This document shows, one piece after another, positions 1 through 18,907 of a DNA stretch of 64,000 nucleotides. How positions within the stretch are numbered: position 1 is the first letter of the stretch; the number at the start of each line of letters is the position of its first letter. The notes below the pieces were generated by a model that saw only the letters and a program-made list of their open reading frames with translations, was not told the DNA's origin and did not search any database. Both the position numbers and the translations under genes were made by a program. Origin of the DNA: the human T2T-CHM13v2.0 reference genome, Homo sapiens; assembly GCF_009914755.1 (NCBI RefSeq), contig NC_060931.1, one strand, 5' to 3'.

Positions 1-79
1 ACTATAATAATTTATTTCATCTTTGATTAGCACTTGGATTGTTTTGTGATTTCGGCAATTAGAAATGATGCTACAGGAG

Positions 80-289
80 ACTCGTTCTCACCTAAGGAGA
101 TTTTGCTTCCTAGGAGACATTGGTCAACGTTTTGAGACTTTTCTTATTGTAACAACTGGCAAGTGCTACTGGCATCTAGTAGGTAGAAGTTGGAGTCCTG
201 CTAAACGATCTACAACGCACAGGACAGCCACCCATGACAAAGAATTAACACACCTATAAAGTCAATAGTGCTGAGCTTGACAAACCCTG
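80..289 (+). mobile_element. MER20 (hAT-Charlie) DNA transposon remnant
   Basis: Matches remembered MER20 motifs: 'gattttgc..ctaggagacattgg', 'tgctactggcatctagt', 'gcacaggacagcc', 'gtcaatagtgctgag..tgacaaaccctg'. Confidence 0.75.
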
Positions 290-479
290 CTCTGGGTTAT
301 ATTGTTGGGAGAGAAATTGCTGGCTGATAAAGTATATTTATCTTCAAACTTATACAATACTACCATTCTGTTTTCTAGAGTGATTGTATCAATTTACACT
401 GCCATCATCAGAGTGGGAGGCTTCCCGATGCTGTATATCTGCACCAGCGCTAAATATCACCAGCTTAAAAATATTTTGC

Positions 480-801
<322 letters not shown>

Positions 802-804
802 CTA

Positions 805-1630
805 CAAAGGACATGAACAGATGCTTCTCAAAAGAAGACATACAACAAACATGAGAAAATGCTCAACATCACTAATTATCAGAGAAATGCATATCAAAAC
901 CACAACGAGATACCATCTCACACTACTCAGAATGGCTATTACTTAAAAAGTCAAAAAAGAACAGATGCCGGTGAGGCTGTAGCGAAAAGGGAACACTTAA
1001 ACACAGTGTTGGTGGGGATGTAAATTAGTTCAGCTCTATGGAAAATAGTTTGGAGATTTCTCAAAGACCTTAAAGCAGAACTATCGTTTGACTCAGCAAT
1101 CGCATTACTGGGTATATACCCAAAGGAAAACAAGTCATTCTACAAAAATGACACATGCACATATATGTTCATTGCAGCACTATTCACAACAGCAAAAACA
1201 TGGAATCAACCTAGGAGCCCAACAGTGGTGGACTGAATAAGGAAAATGTGGTACATATACACCATGGAATACTACACAGCCATAAAAACAGTGAAATTGT
1301 GTACTTTGCAGCAACATGGATGTAGCTGGAGGCCATCCTTTTAAGAGAATTAACGTAGGAACAGAAAACCAAATAGTGCATATTCTCACTTCTAAGTTGG
1401 AGCTAAACATTGGGTAAACATGGACATAAAGAAAGGAACAATAGACGCTGGGGTCCATGGGCTGAGGGTAGCAGGGAGTGCAACAAGGGTTGAAAAACTA
1501 CCGAGTGGGTGCTATGCTCACTACTTGGGTGACAGGATCATTTGTACCCCAAACCTCAGTGTCAGGCAATATACCCATGTAACAAACCTGCACATGTACC
1601 TCCTGATCTAAAATAAAAGTTAAAATTACA
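805..1630 (+). mobile_element. 5'-truncated L1 3' end (old L1PA/L1PB class)
   Basis: ORF2 C-terminal remnant plus L1 3'UTR ending in aaataaaagtt. Flanked by the direct repeat tttgccaatcta (793-804 and 1640-1651). Confidence 0.85.
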
Positions 1631-2227
1631 TAAATTATCTTTGCCAATCTAATTAATTATATTTCATCAGAGTTTTAATTAGTATTTCATTATTAGCTAA
1701 TGGGGTTAATCACTTTTACAAGTCTTTGTTGGCCAGGTTGATCAATTTTAAAAATTGGCTTATCTTCCTCATCCTCATTTATTTGTAGGTATTCTTTATA
1801 TAATCTGGCCTCTGGACAGTTGTTGGTTATAGGTTGTTCATATCTTCTCTGTGGCTTGTCTCTGTATTCTTATGTGATATTTTTTAATGTATAGAAATTC
1901 CTAATTTTAAATAACAAATATTTCTCTTTAGTGCTTTTTGTGAGGTGCTTAAGAAATCCTTATGTACCCCAGATTCATGATGATTCTCCTAAAATCTTTG
2001 GCATTTTACCTTTTTCATTTAGATCTTTAAATCACCTGGAAATGATTTTTGTGTAGGGAGTGTGATATAGTGTTCAATATCACTTTTTCCATATGGATAA
2101 CAAATTTACCTTTTATGACTTATTGGAAAATCTGTTCTGCTATTCCACCTTTCTCATAAATCAATAATCCATATATATGTGAGGCTTGGTTTATGGTCTG
2201 GTGAATCTGTCCCATTGGTCTATTTTG

Positions 2228-2600
2228 CAGGTTCAGCCCTCCAGGAAGCAGACTTTGAGACTCTGATAGAAGGGAGTTTGTTAAGGAGGGTGATTGGGAT
2301 CAACACATGTGGAAGGGAAGGAGCGAAAGCAAGATTGAGCAGAGGGAGAAGCTGGGCTGCAATTCAGTCTCAACAAAGCCTCAGTTGACCATATGGGAAA
2401 ATGAAGACAAGGTGGTTACTGAGAGTTGTTCAGAGTCGGGATGAGGGGGGCATAGCCTTTATATTCCATATCAATTATTGGATACAGGCTCTTTTCAGCT
2501 GAAATAAATAATTTATTCTGGCAGCACACCCAGCTTCTGGGAAAATAAGCTCTTTGATCCCAAAGGGATTTCAGCGGTACATCACAACATTCACTACAGC
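2228..2600. mobile_element. LTR16-like ERVL LTR remnant
   Basis: 'gggatcaacacatgtggaagggaagg...gcagagggagaagctgggctgcaa' resembles the LTR16 family. Boundaries approximate. Confidence 0.5.
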
Positions 2601-3929
2601 CCACCTCTTGAGCTGCTTGGATTTATTTCTTCATTTGAGGAGCAGATCTTCTAGGATTCTGGAAGACCTCTTTTAGAAACCAGTAGGAGGAAAGCGAATG
2701 GGACAAACTACAACCCTTGCAATGTAGGCATTCTTAGGACTGAAACTGATACTCGTAATCTTGCCTCTCTGCTCTCTATTCTAGATTTTCTCACCCTCAT
2801 CTAGCATCTCTGCTGGTCTTGGTGGCTAACTCAGTGTTACAAAACCTTAAACCTTGAGGGTTCTGAATCCTTGGTTACCATGCCCTTCTCAGGCCGTGAC
2901 TGCTGCAATCGTTCATCTACTGTCAAAATTGGCAACAGGGTACTGATTCACCCAAAGATATCACTTACATGCAAAACATTCTTCTCTGCTATCACTGTAT
3001 AACAGCAGCTTCACCTCTCCTGATGGCAGGGTCAATACCCATTGCTGTAACTCCTCTCTTACCTGCTGACCTTTGACACAGATGTTCAAGTGGCTTGAGC
3101 AGCAACCATAGCTTTTGTTTCAGTGCAACTCTTGCTGTGTGTCAAGCACTGTGGAGGGTCTGAAATTTTACATTACTTGCAAGCTAACAAGTTAGCTTGC
3201 TGTAGTTTCACAGACCATAGTGGAAGACTTAAGACTCCAATTCCTAAAGGGCAACATGAAAAAGACCAGGTAACACTTGCACATGCTGTCGGTTGCATTC
3301 TAGGAGAGCAATCCCAAGTGTAGGAAATCTGAATCTTTTATAATGGTTAGCAAGCCTCCTGAGGGAGACACTATTTCCAAAACTGTTCACTGTAAAAATA
3401 ATCTCAAGAAGATATTCTGGATCAAACAAAGTCAGTGCCACTTCTCAGAACAGCTTCAGAAACACAAGAAACCCATGGAGAATTTTCTCCTGGCACTATT
3501 GTTGTTTTATGTTTTGCTTTTACATGTTATAAACCTCACAGTATTTTAGTCATTGTATTTGCTAGAAAAAGTAATTTTCTTTAAAAAATATTTTATATTT
3601 TAAAATTCTCTATTACCTATTTTAAAAATTATTTGTGGTGCTCTCTGTATCGTTCTGTAGATCAAAATTTCCATTTGGTATTATTTCACTTTAGACTGAA
3701 GAATTCTCTTAGCCCTTTTTTTTTAGTTTTGAATCTGCTGGCTATGGATTATTTTAGATTTTATTTACCAGAAAATATATCTTTCTGGATACATTTTTGA
3801 GGAATTATTTTTTTTTTTTACTGGATATAGAATTCTAGATATAGAATTCTGGATATAGTATTTTTTCTTTCAGCATAAATTTTTTTTAACCTAATAATTT
3901 ATTTAATTCTCCTCAAGTAGAGATTATTT

Positions 3930-7522
<3,593 letters not shown>

Positions 7523-8354
7523 TGTTGTTGTTTATTTATTTATTTATTTTATTATACTTTAAGTTTTAGGGTACATATGCACAACGTGCAGGTTAGTTAC
7601 ATATGTATACATATGCCATGTTGGTGTGCTGCACCCATTAACTCGTCATTTAACATTAGGTATATCTCCTAATGCTATCCCTCCCCCCTCCCCCACCCCA
7701 CAACAGGTCCCAGTGTGTGATTTTCCCCTTCCTGTGTCTATGTGGTCTCATTGTTCAGTTCCCACCTATGAGTGAGAACATGGAGTGTTTGGTATTTTGT
7801 CCTTGGTAGTTTGCTAAGAATGATGGTTTCCAGCTTCATCCATGTCCCTACAAAGGACATGAACTCATCACTTTTTATGGCTGCATAGTATTCCATGGTG
7901 TATATGTGCCACATTTTCTTAATCCAGTCTATCATTGTTGGACATTTGGGTTGGTTCCAAGTCTTTGCTATTGTGAATAGTGCCGCAATAAACATACGTG
8001 TGCATGTGTCTTCATAGCAGCATGATTTATAATCCTTTGGGTATATACCCAGTAATGGGATTGCTGTGTCAAATGGTATTTCTAGTTCTAGATCCCTGAT
8101 GAATTGCCACACCGACTTCCACAATGGTTGAACTAGTTTACAGTCCCACCAACAGTGTAAAAGTGTCCCTATTTTTCCACATCCTCTCCAGCACCTGTTG
8201 TTTCCTGACTTTTTAATGATCACCATTCTAACTGGTGTGAGATGGTATCTCATTGTGGTTTTGATTTGCATTTCTCTGATGGCCAGTGATGATGAGCGTT
8301 TTTTCATGTGTCTGTTGGCTGCATAAATGTCTTCTTTTGAGAAGTGTCTGTTCA

Positions 8355-8621
<267 letters not shown>

Positions 8622-8692
8622 CTAAATGGTATTGCCTAGGTTTTCTTCTAGGGTTTTTATGGTTTTAGGTCTAACATTTAAGTCTTTAATCA

Positions 8693-9974
<1,282 letters not shown>

Positions 9975-9976
9975 CA

Positions 9977-10135
<159 letters not shown>

Positions 10136-10499
10136 TTAGAATTCGGCTGTGAATCCATCTGGTCCTGGACTTTTTTTGGTTGGTAAGCTATTAATTATTG
10201 CCTCAATTTCAGAGCCTGTTATTGGTCCATTCAGGGATTCAACTTCTTCCTGGTTTAGTCTTGGGAGGGTGTATGTGTCAAGGAATTTATCCATTTCTTC
10301 TAGATTTTCTAGTTTATTTGCATAGAGGTGTTTATAGTTTTCTCTGATGTTAGCTTGTATTTCTGTGGGGTCCGTGGTGATATCCCTTTTATCATTTTTT
10401 ATTGTGTCTATTTGATTCTTCTCTCTTTTCTTCTTTATTATTCTTGCTATCAGTCTATCAATTTTGTTGATCTTTTCAAAGAACCAGCTCCTGGATTCA

Positions 10500-11166
<667 letters not shown>

Positions 11167-11905
11167 TTGAGTGAGTTTCTTAATCCTGAGTTCTAGTTTG
11201 ATTGCACTGTGGTCTGAGAGACAGTTTGTTATAATTTCTGTTCTTTTACATTTGCTGAGGAGTGCTTTACTTCCAACTATGTGGTCAATTTTGGAATAAG
11301 TGGGATGTGGTGCTGAGAAGAATGTATATTCTGTTGATTTGGGGTGGAGGGTTCTGTAGATGTCTACTAGGTCCGCTTGGTGCAAAGCTGAGTTCAATTC
11401 CTGGATATCCTTGTTAACTTTCTGTCTCGTGGATCTGTCTAATGTTGACAGTGGGGTGTTAAAGTCTCCCATTATTATTGTGTGGGAGTCTAAGTCTGTT
11501 TGTAGGTCTCTAAGGACTTGCTTTATGAATCTGGGTGCTCCTGTATTGGGTGCATATATATTTAGGAGAGTTAGCTCTTCTTGTTGAATTGATCCCTTTA
11601 CCATTATGTAATGGCCTTCTTTGTCTCTTTTGATCTTTATTGGCTTAAAGTCTGTTTTATCAGAGACTAGGATTGCAACCTCTGCTTTTTTTTGTTTTCC
11701 ATTTGCTTGGTAGATCTTCCTCCATCCCTTTATTTTGAGCCTGTGTGTGTCTCTGCACATGAGATGGGTTTCCTGAATACAGAACACTGATGGGTCTTGA
11801 CTCTTTATCCAATTTGCCAGTCTGTGTCTTTTAATTGGAGCATTTAGCCCGTTTACATTTAAGGTTAATATTGTTATGTGTGAATTTGATCCTGTCATTA
11901 TGATG

Positions 11906-12643
11906 TTAGCTGGTTCTTTTGCTCGTTATTTGATGCAGTTTCTTCCTAGCATCGATGGTGTTTACAATTTGGCATGTTTTTGCAGTGGCTGGTACCGGTT
12001 GCTCCTTTCTATGTTTAGTGCTTCCTTCAGGAGCTCTTGTAGGGCAGGCCTGGTGGTGACAAAATCTCTCAGCATTTGCTTGTCTGTATTTTATTTCTCC
12101 TTCACTTATGAAGCTTAGTTTGACTGGATATGAAATTCTGGGTTGAAAATTCTTTTCTTTAAGAATGTTGAAGATGGGCCCCCACTCTCTTTTGGCTTGT
12201 AGAGTTTCTCCCAAGAGATCTGCTGTTAGTCTGATGGGCTTCCCTTTGTGGGTAACCCGACCTTTCTCTCTGGCTGTCCTTAACATTTTTTCCTTCATTT
12301 CAACTTTGGTGAATCTGACTATTATGTGTCTTGGAGTTGTTCTTTTCGAGGAGCATCTTTGTGGCATTCTCTGTATTTCCTGAAGTTGAGTATTGGCCTG
12401 CCTTACTAGATAGGGGAAGTTCTCCTTCATAATATCCTGCAGAATGTTTTCCAACTTGGTTCCATTCTGCCCGTCACTTTCAGGTACACCAATCAGATGT
12501 AGATTTTGTCTTCTCACATAGTCCCTTATTTCTTGGAGGCTTTGTTCATTTCTTTTTAATCTTTTTTCTCTAAATTTCTCTTCTCGCTTCATTTCATTCA
12601 TTTGATCTTCCATCACTGATACCCTTTCTTCCTGTTGATCCAA
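11906..12643 (-). pseudogene. L1 ORF1p remnant
   Basis: ORF1 motifs (LIGVPE, PRHIIVRF, KGKPIRLTADL, REWGPIF) with a frameshifted C-terminus. Confidence 0.85.
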
Positions 12644-14009
12644 TCGGCTACTGAGGCTTGTGCATTTGTCATGTAGTTCTTATGCCATGGTTTTCAGCTC
12701 CATCAGGTCCTTTAAGGACTTCTCTGCATTGGTTATTCTAGTTAGCCATTAGTCTAATTTTTTTTCAAGGTTTTTAACTTCTTTGCCATGGGTTCGAACT
12801 TCCTCCTTTAGCTCGGAGTAGTTTGATCATCTGAAGCCTTCTTCTCTCAACTCATCAAAGTCATTCTCCATCCAGCTTTTTTCCATTGCTGGTGAGGAGC
12901 TGCGTTCCTTTGGAGGAGGAGAGGTGCTCTGATTTTTAGAATTTTCAGCTTTTCTGCTCTGGTTTCTCCCCATCTTCGTGTTTTTATCTACCTTTGGTCT
13001 TTGATGATGGAGATGTACAGATGGGGTTTTGGTGTGGATGTCCTTTCTGTTTGTTAGTTTTCCTTCTAATAGTCAGGACCCTCAGCTGCAGATCTGTTGG
13101 AGTTTGCTGGAAGTCCACTCCAGACCCTGTTTGCTTGGGTATCAGCAGTGGAGGCTGCAGAACAGTGGATATTGGTGAGCAGCAAATGTTGCTGCCTGAT
13201 CGTTCCTCTGGAAGTTTTGTCTCAGAGGAGTACCTGGCCGTGTGAGGTGTCAGTCTGCCCCTACTGGGGGGTGCCTCCCAGTTAGGCTACTCGGGGGTCA
13301 GGGACCCCCTTGAGGAGGCAGTCTGTCTGTTCTCAGATCTCTAGCTGCATGCTGGGAGAAGCACTACTCTCTTCAAAGCTGTCAGACAGGGACATTTAAG
13401 TCTGCAGAGGATTCTGCTGCCTTTTGTTTGGCTATGCCCTGCCCCCATAGCTGGTGTCTACAGAGGCAGGCAAGCCTTCTTGAGCTGTGGTGGGCTCCAC
13501 CCAGTTAGAGCTTCCCAGCCACTTTGATTACCTACTCAAGCCTCAGCAATGGCGGGCGCTCCTCCCCCAGCCTCGCTGCCACCTTACAGTTTGATCTCAG
13601 ACTGCTGTGCTAGCAATGAGCAAGGCGCCGTGGCATAGGACCCTCCGAGCCAGGCGCGGGATATGATCTGGTGTGCCATTTGCTAAGACCGTTGGAAAAG
13701 TGCAGTATTAGGGTGGGAGTGACCTGATTTTCCAGGTGCTGTCTGTCACCCCTTTCTTTGACTAGGAAAGGGAATTCCCTGACCCCTTGTGCTTCCCTGG
13801 TGAGGCGATGCCTCACCCTGCTTCGGCTCATGCTTGGTGTGCTGCACCCACTATCCTGCACCCACTTTCTGACACTTCCCAGTGAGATGAACCCAGTACC
13901 TCAGTTGGAAATGCAGAGATCACCTGTCTTCTGTGTTGCTCATGCTGGGAGCTGTAGACTGAAGCTGTTCCTATTCGGCCATCTTGGCTCCACTGTTGTT
14001 GTTTATTTA

Positions 14010-16110
14010 AAACCTTTCTACTTTTTTGATGGAGGCACTTACTGCCATAAACTTCCTTCTTACTACTACTTTTGCTATATCTCATAGGTTTTGTTATGTT
14101 GTGTATGTATTTTCATTTGTTTTGAGAAGTTTTAAAATTTCCTTTTTAATTTCTGTTTTTTTATTTTGTTTTGTTGTGTTTTTGTTTTTGTTTTTTTGTT
14201 TTGTTTTTGTTTTGAGATGGAGGCTCGCTCTGTCACCCAGGCTGGAGTGCAATGGTGTGATCTCGGCTCACTGCAAGCTCTGCCTCCCTGGGTTTTACTT
14301 ATGCCATTCTCCACCTCAGTCTCCTGAGTAGCTGGGACTACAGGTGCCCGCCACCATGCCCGGCTAATTTTTTTTTGTATTTTTAGTAGAGACAGGGTTT
14401 CACTGTGTTAGCCAGGATGGTCTCGATCTCCTGACCTCGTGATCTGCCTGCCTCAGCCTCCCAAAGTGCTGGGATTACAGGCATGAGCCACCGCGCCCAG
14501 CCCTTTTTTAATTTCTTAATTGACCCATTGGTTGTTCAGAAGCATGTTACTTAATTTCCATATATTTGTATAGTTCTAAAAGTTCCTCTTGTTATTGATC
14601 TCTCATTTTATTCCATTGTGGTCTGAGAAAATATTTTATATGATTTTGATATTTAAAAATATTAGTTGAGAATAATTTTGTGGCCTGACATATAGTCAGT
14701 CCTGAAGAATGTTCCATGGGTTGATGGGAAGAATTTGTATCTGCAGCTATTGGGTGAAATGTTCTGTAAATGTCTGTTAGGTTCATTTGTTCTATACGAC
14801 AGTTTAAGTCCTATGTTCCTGTGTTGATTTTCCATCTAGGTGATCTGTCCAGTGCTAAAAAGTGTAGTGAAGCCCGATTATTGTATTGGGCCTATCTCTC
14901 TTTTTAATCTCTAATAATATTTGCTTTATATTGTTGGTTGTTCCAGTGTTGAATGCATATATATTTATAATTGTTATATCATTTTGGTAAGTTGATCCCT
15001 TTATCATTATATAATTACCTTTGTGTCTTCTTATGACTTTTTGGCTTACTGTCTATTTTGTCATATACAAACATAGCTATTCCTGCATACTTTTGGTTTC
15101 TGTTTGTGTGGAATGTCTTATTCCATGCATTTACTTTCAGTCTATGTGTGTCTTTACAGATGGGGTGATTTTCTTACAGAGAGCGTATAGTTTGGTTTTG
15201 TGATTTTTAAAAAATCCATTCAGCCAGTCTGTATCTTTTAATTGAAAGAGTTAAACAATTAACATTCAAGGTTATTATTCATAGGTGAGGACTTACACTT
15301 GTCATTTTATTAATTGTTTTCTGGATTGTTTGTATAGTTTTGTTCTTTTCTTCTCTTACTGTTTACTTTGTGGTTTGATGGTTTTCTGTAGTGATAATAT
15401 TTGGTTTCTTTCTCTTTCATGTGTCTGCTCTACCAGTAAATTTTATGCTTTTGTATGTTTTTGTGTTGGTATATATCATCCTTTTGCTTCCAGAGGTAGG
15501 ATTCTCCTGATCATTACTGGTAGCACTGATCTAGTGGATCTAAAGAATTCCCTCAGTTTTTGCTTGTTTGGGAAAGGCTTCATTTCTCTTTCATTTCTGA
15601 AGTATAGCTTTGTTGGGTATGGTTTTCTTGGTTAGCAAGTTTTTTTCTTTCAGCATTTTGAATATTTCATCACTTTCTATATTGGCCTGTAAGGTTTCTG
15701 ATGAGAAATCTCCTGTTGGTCTGATAATGATTCCCATAGATATGACTTGATACTTTTCTCTTGTTGTTTTCAGAATTTTCTGTTTGTCTTTGATTTTTGA
15801 CTATAATGTATCTCAGAGAGGACCTTTTTGGGTTGAATCTCTTTAGGAATTTTTGAGCTTCCTGTATCTGGCTGTCTGTATCTCTCTCAATACTTGGGAA
15901 GTCTCCAGTTATTTTATGAAATAGGTTTTCTGTGCCTTTTCCCATTTTATCTCCTTTTGGAATTTCCAAAATGCAAAAATCTGTTCAATGCTGTCTCGTG
16001 TCATGTGGGCTTTCTTCTTTTTTATTTTATTTTATTTATTTTTTAGTCTAACTGGGTTATTTTGAAAGACCTGTCTTCAAGTTTAAACATTCTTTCTTCT
16101 GGCTTTTAGT
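14010..16110 (-). mobile_element. Continuation of old L1MA (ORF2 5' part and ORF1)
   Basis: Antisense degenerate EN/ORF1. ORF 15670-15969 resembles ORF1 (QIQEAQ..RFNPKRSS). Confidence 0.7.
14155..14502 (-). mobile_element. AluY
   Basis: AluY diagnostics, (TTTTG)n tail and TSD-like tttttaatttct flanks. Confidence 0.9.
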
Positions 16111-16129
16111 ATGTCTCAGTTACTTGGAA

Positions 16130-16668
16130 ATGGTGAAATGAGCATAAAGATAAACTCTGTGAGCTTTTAATTAAAGAAGGAAAATAGAAATTCACCAGAG
16201 TAGTGAAGGACACCCCAGATCCTGGAAAAGGGGATGTGAGCAAGCAATCCTCATTACAGTGTTCAGCCGATAAAACTGCATGAAGCCACTGTACATGAGA
16301 CAGACAGAGAATCTCCTTCTTTGACTCATCTTTCCACTAGGAATCCATGCAACCCAGGCCAAGGGAGAGCACTTGGTTTCTTCCAATCCCTGAAGCTAAC
16401 ATGGGGAGAGGCTGGGAGATGCTGAGAGGGCAAGACACCAGGAAAAGCTGCAGGCACTTTCTCAGGCCTGGAAACAGGGGTCCTGGGACCCTGCCATTTT
16501 AAAAACAACCTCAAACAAATAAACTGAATTCAAATAAACTGGATAATAGACCAAATGTATCTTATAGACACTTACAGAACATTCTAACCACAGAATACAC
16601 ATCCTCACCTCTACGTGGAATGCTCTCCAAATTTGCTCATATGTTTGGTCATAATAAATAAATCAATA
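16130..16668 (+). mobile_element. L1PB 5' fragments (5'UTR piece joined to an EN piece)
   Basis: The EN-like segment 'gaccaaatgtatcttatagacacttacagaacattc' continues colinearly at about 22590, after the intervening L1PA. Confidence 0.55.
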
Positions 16669-18862
16669 GGGCAGCCATCATTATAACTCCAGGCTGCACT
16701 TTACCCTGGCTGGAGCCAGGGAGGCTGGACAGCTTGGTCGTGAGAGATATTCCCCACAGTACAGCATACTGGCTATGGCAGTCCATGTCCATATTGCTTC
16801 TTCAGGCCAGACCCTGACCCATATCTCCTCACTGGGTTGGGACTCCCTGCAGGAACTCCAACAACTCCAGCCAGAGGCTCAAGGACAGAACTCTGATCTC
16901 CTTGGGCCTAAGTCCCTAGGGGGAGGGGTGGCCGCAGTCTCCATGGGCCAGCAGACTTATTCTTTCCTCCTGCTAGCTCTGAGGAATCTGGGCAGCCCAG
17001 ACAAGTGGGTTTCCCCCCAGTGCATCACACCCCTTCCACCAAGGGACAGCCAAAGTGCTCCGTTAAACTGGTCCTGCTTTCTGTATCCCCCCAACTGGGT
17101 GAAACCCCTGCAACAGGGGTCACAGAGACCCTATATGGGAACATTCCTGCTGGCATCAGGCCAGTGCCACCTGAGGTCAAAGATCCCGGAGAAAGGAGCA
17201 GGCACCCATCTTTGCTGTTCTCCAGCCTCCTCAGGTGACATCTCCAGGCGTGGGAGTGAACCAGACAAACAGGGCCTAAAGTTAACCCCCAGCAAACTGC
17301 AGCAGCCCTACAGAAGAGGGATTCGACTATTGAAAGAAAAACAAACAAACAGCAATAACAACAGCATCAACAAAAAAGTTCCCACAAAAACCTCATCCAA
17401 GGGTCAGCAGCTTCAAAGATCGAAACTAGACAAACTCATGAAGATGAAGAAGAATCAATGAAAAAATGCTGAAAACCCCAGAGTGCTCCTTCTCCTCCAA
17501 ATGACTGCAACATCTCTCCAGCAGGGGCACAGAACTGGACAGAGGATGAGATGGATGAATGGACAGAAGTAGGCTTCAGAAGGTGGGTAATAACAAACTT
17601 CTCTGAGGTAAAAGAGCATGTTCTAACCCAATGCAAAGAAGCTAAGAACCATGATAAAAGGTTACAGGAGCTGCTAACTAGAATAACAAGTTTAGAGAGG
17701 AACATAAATGACCCGATGGAGCTGAAAAGCCCAGCACAAGAACTTTGTGAAGCATATACAAGTATCAATAGCTGAATTGATCAAGCAGAGGAAAGAATAT
17801 GAGAGACTGAAGACTATTTGCTGAAATAAGGCAGGCAAACAAGATTAGGGAAAAAAGGATGAAAAGGAATGAATAAAACCTCTGAGAATTACAGGGCTAT
17901 GTAAAAAGACCAAACCTACAACTGATTGGAGTACCTGAAAGAGACAGGTAGATTGAAATATTAGAAAACACACTTCAGGATATCATCCAGGAGAACTTCC
18001 TCAACCTAGCAAAGCAGGCCAACATTCAAATTCAGGAAATACAGAAAACCTCAGTAAGATACTTCACAAGAAGATCAACCCCAAGACACATAATCATCAG
18101 ATTCTCCAAGGTCAGAATGAAGGAAAAAGTGTTAAGGGCAGCCAGAGTGAAAGGCCAGGTCACCTACAAAGGGAAGCCCATCAGGCTAACAGCAGATGCA
18201 GATCTTTCAGCAGAAACCTGACAAGACAGAAGAGTGTGGGGGCCAATATTTGACTTCATAAAGAAAAGAATTTTCAATCCAGAATTTCATATCTGGCCAA
18301 ACTAAGCTTCATAAATGAAGGAGAAATAAAATCCTTTATAGACAAGCAAATGCTGAGGGAATTCATCACCACCAGGCCTGCCTTGCAAAAGCTCCTGAAG
18401 GAAGCACTGAATATGGAAAGAAAAAACTGGTACCAGCCACTGCAAAAACACACTAAAATACAAAGTCCAATGACACTATGAAGAAACGCATCGATGAGTA
18501 TGCAAAATAATCAGATAGCGTCATGATGACAGGATCAAACTCACACATAACAATATTAACCTTAAATGTAAATGGGCTAAATGCCCCAATTAAAAGACAA
18601 GGACTGGCAAATTGGATAAAGAGTCAAGACCCATTGGTGTGCTATATTAAAGAGACCCATTTCACATGCAAAGACACACATAGGTTCAAAATAAAGGGAT
18701 GGAGGAAAATTTACCAAGCAATTGGAAAGAAGAAAGAAGCAGGGGTTGCAATTCTAGTTTCTGACAGAACAGGCTTTAAACCAATAAAGATAAAAAAAGA
18801 CAAAGAAGGGCATTACATAATGGTAAGGAGATCAATGCAACTAGAAGAGCTAATTACCCTAA

Positions 18863-18907
<45 letters not shown>

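Noticed and set aside
16775-17461. 228-aa ORF as a novel gene
   Set aside because: It lies in the GC-rich 5'UTR of an old L1PA and has no domain signature.
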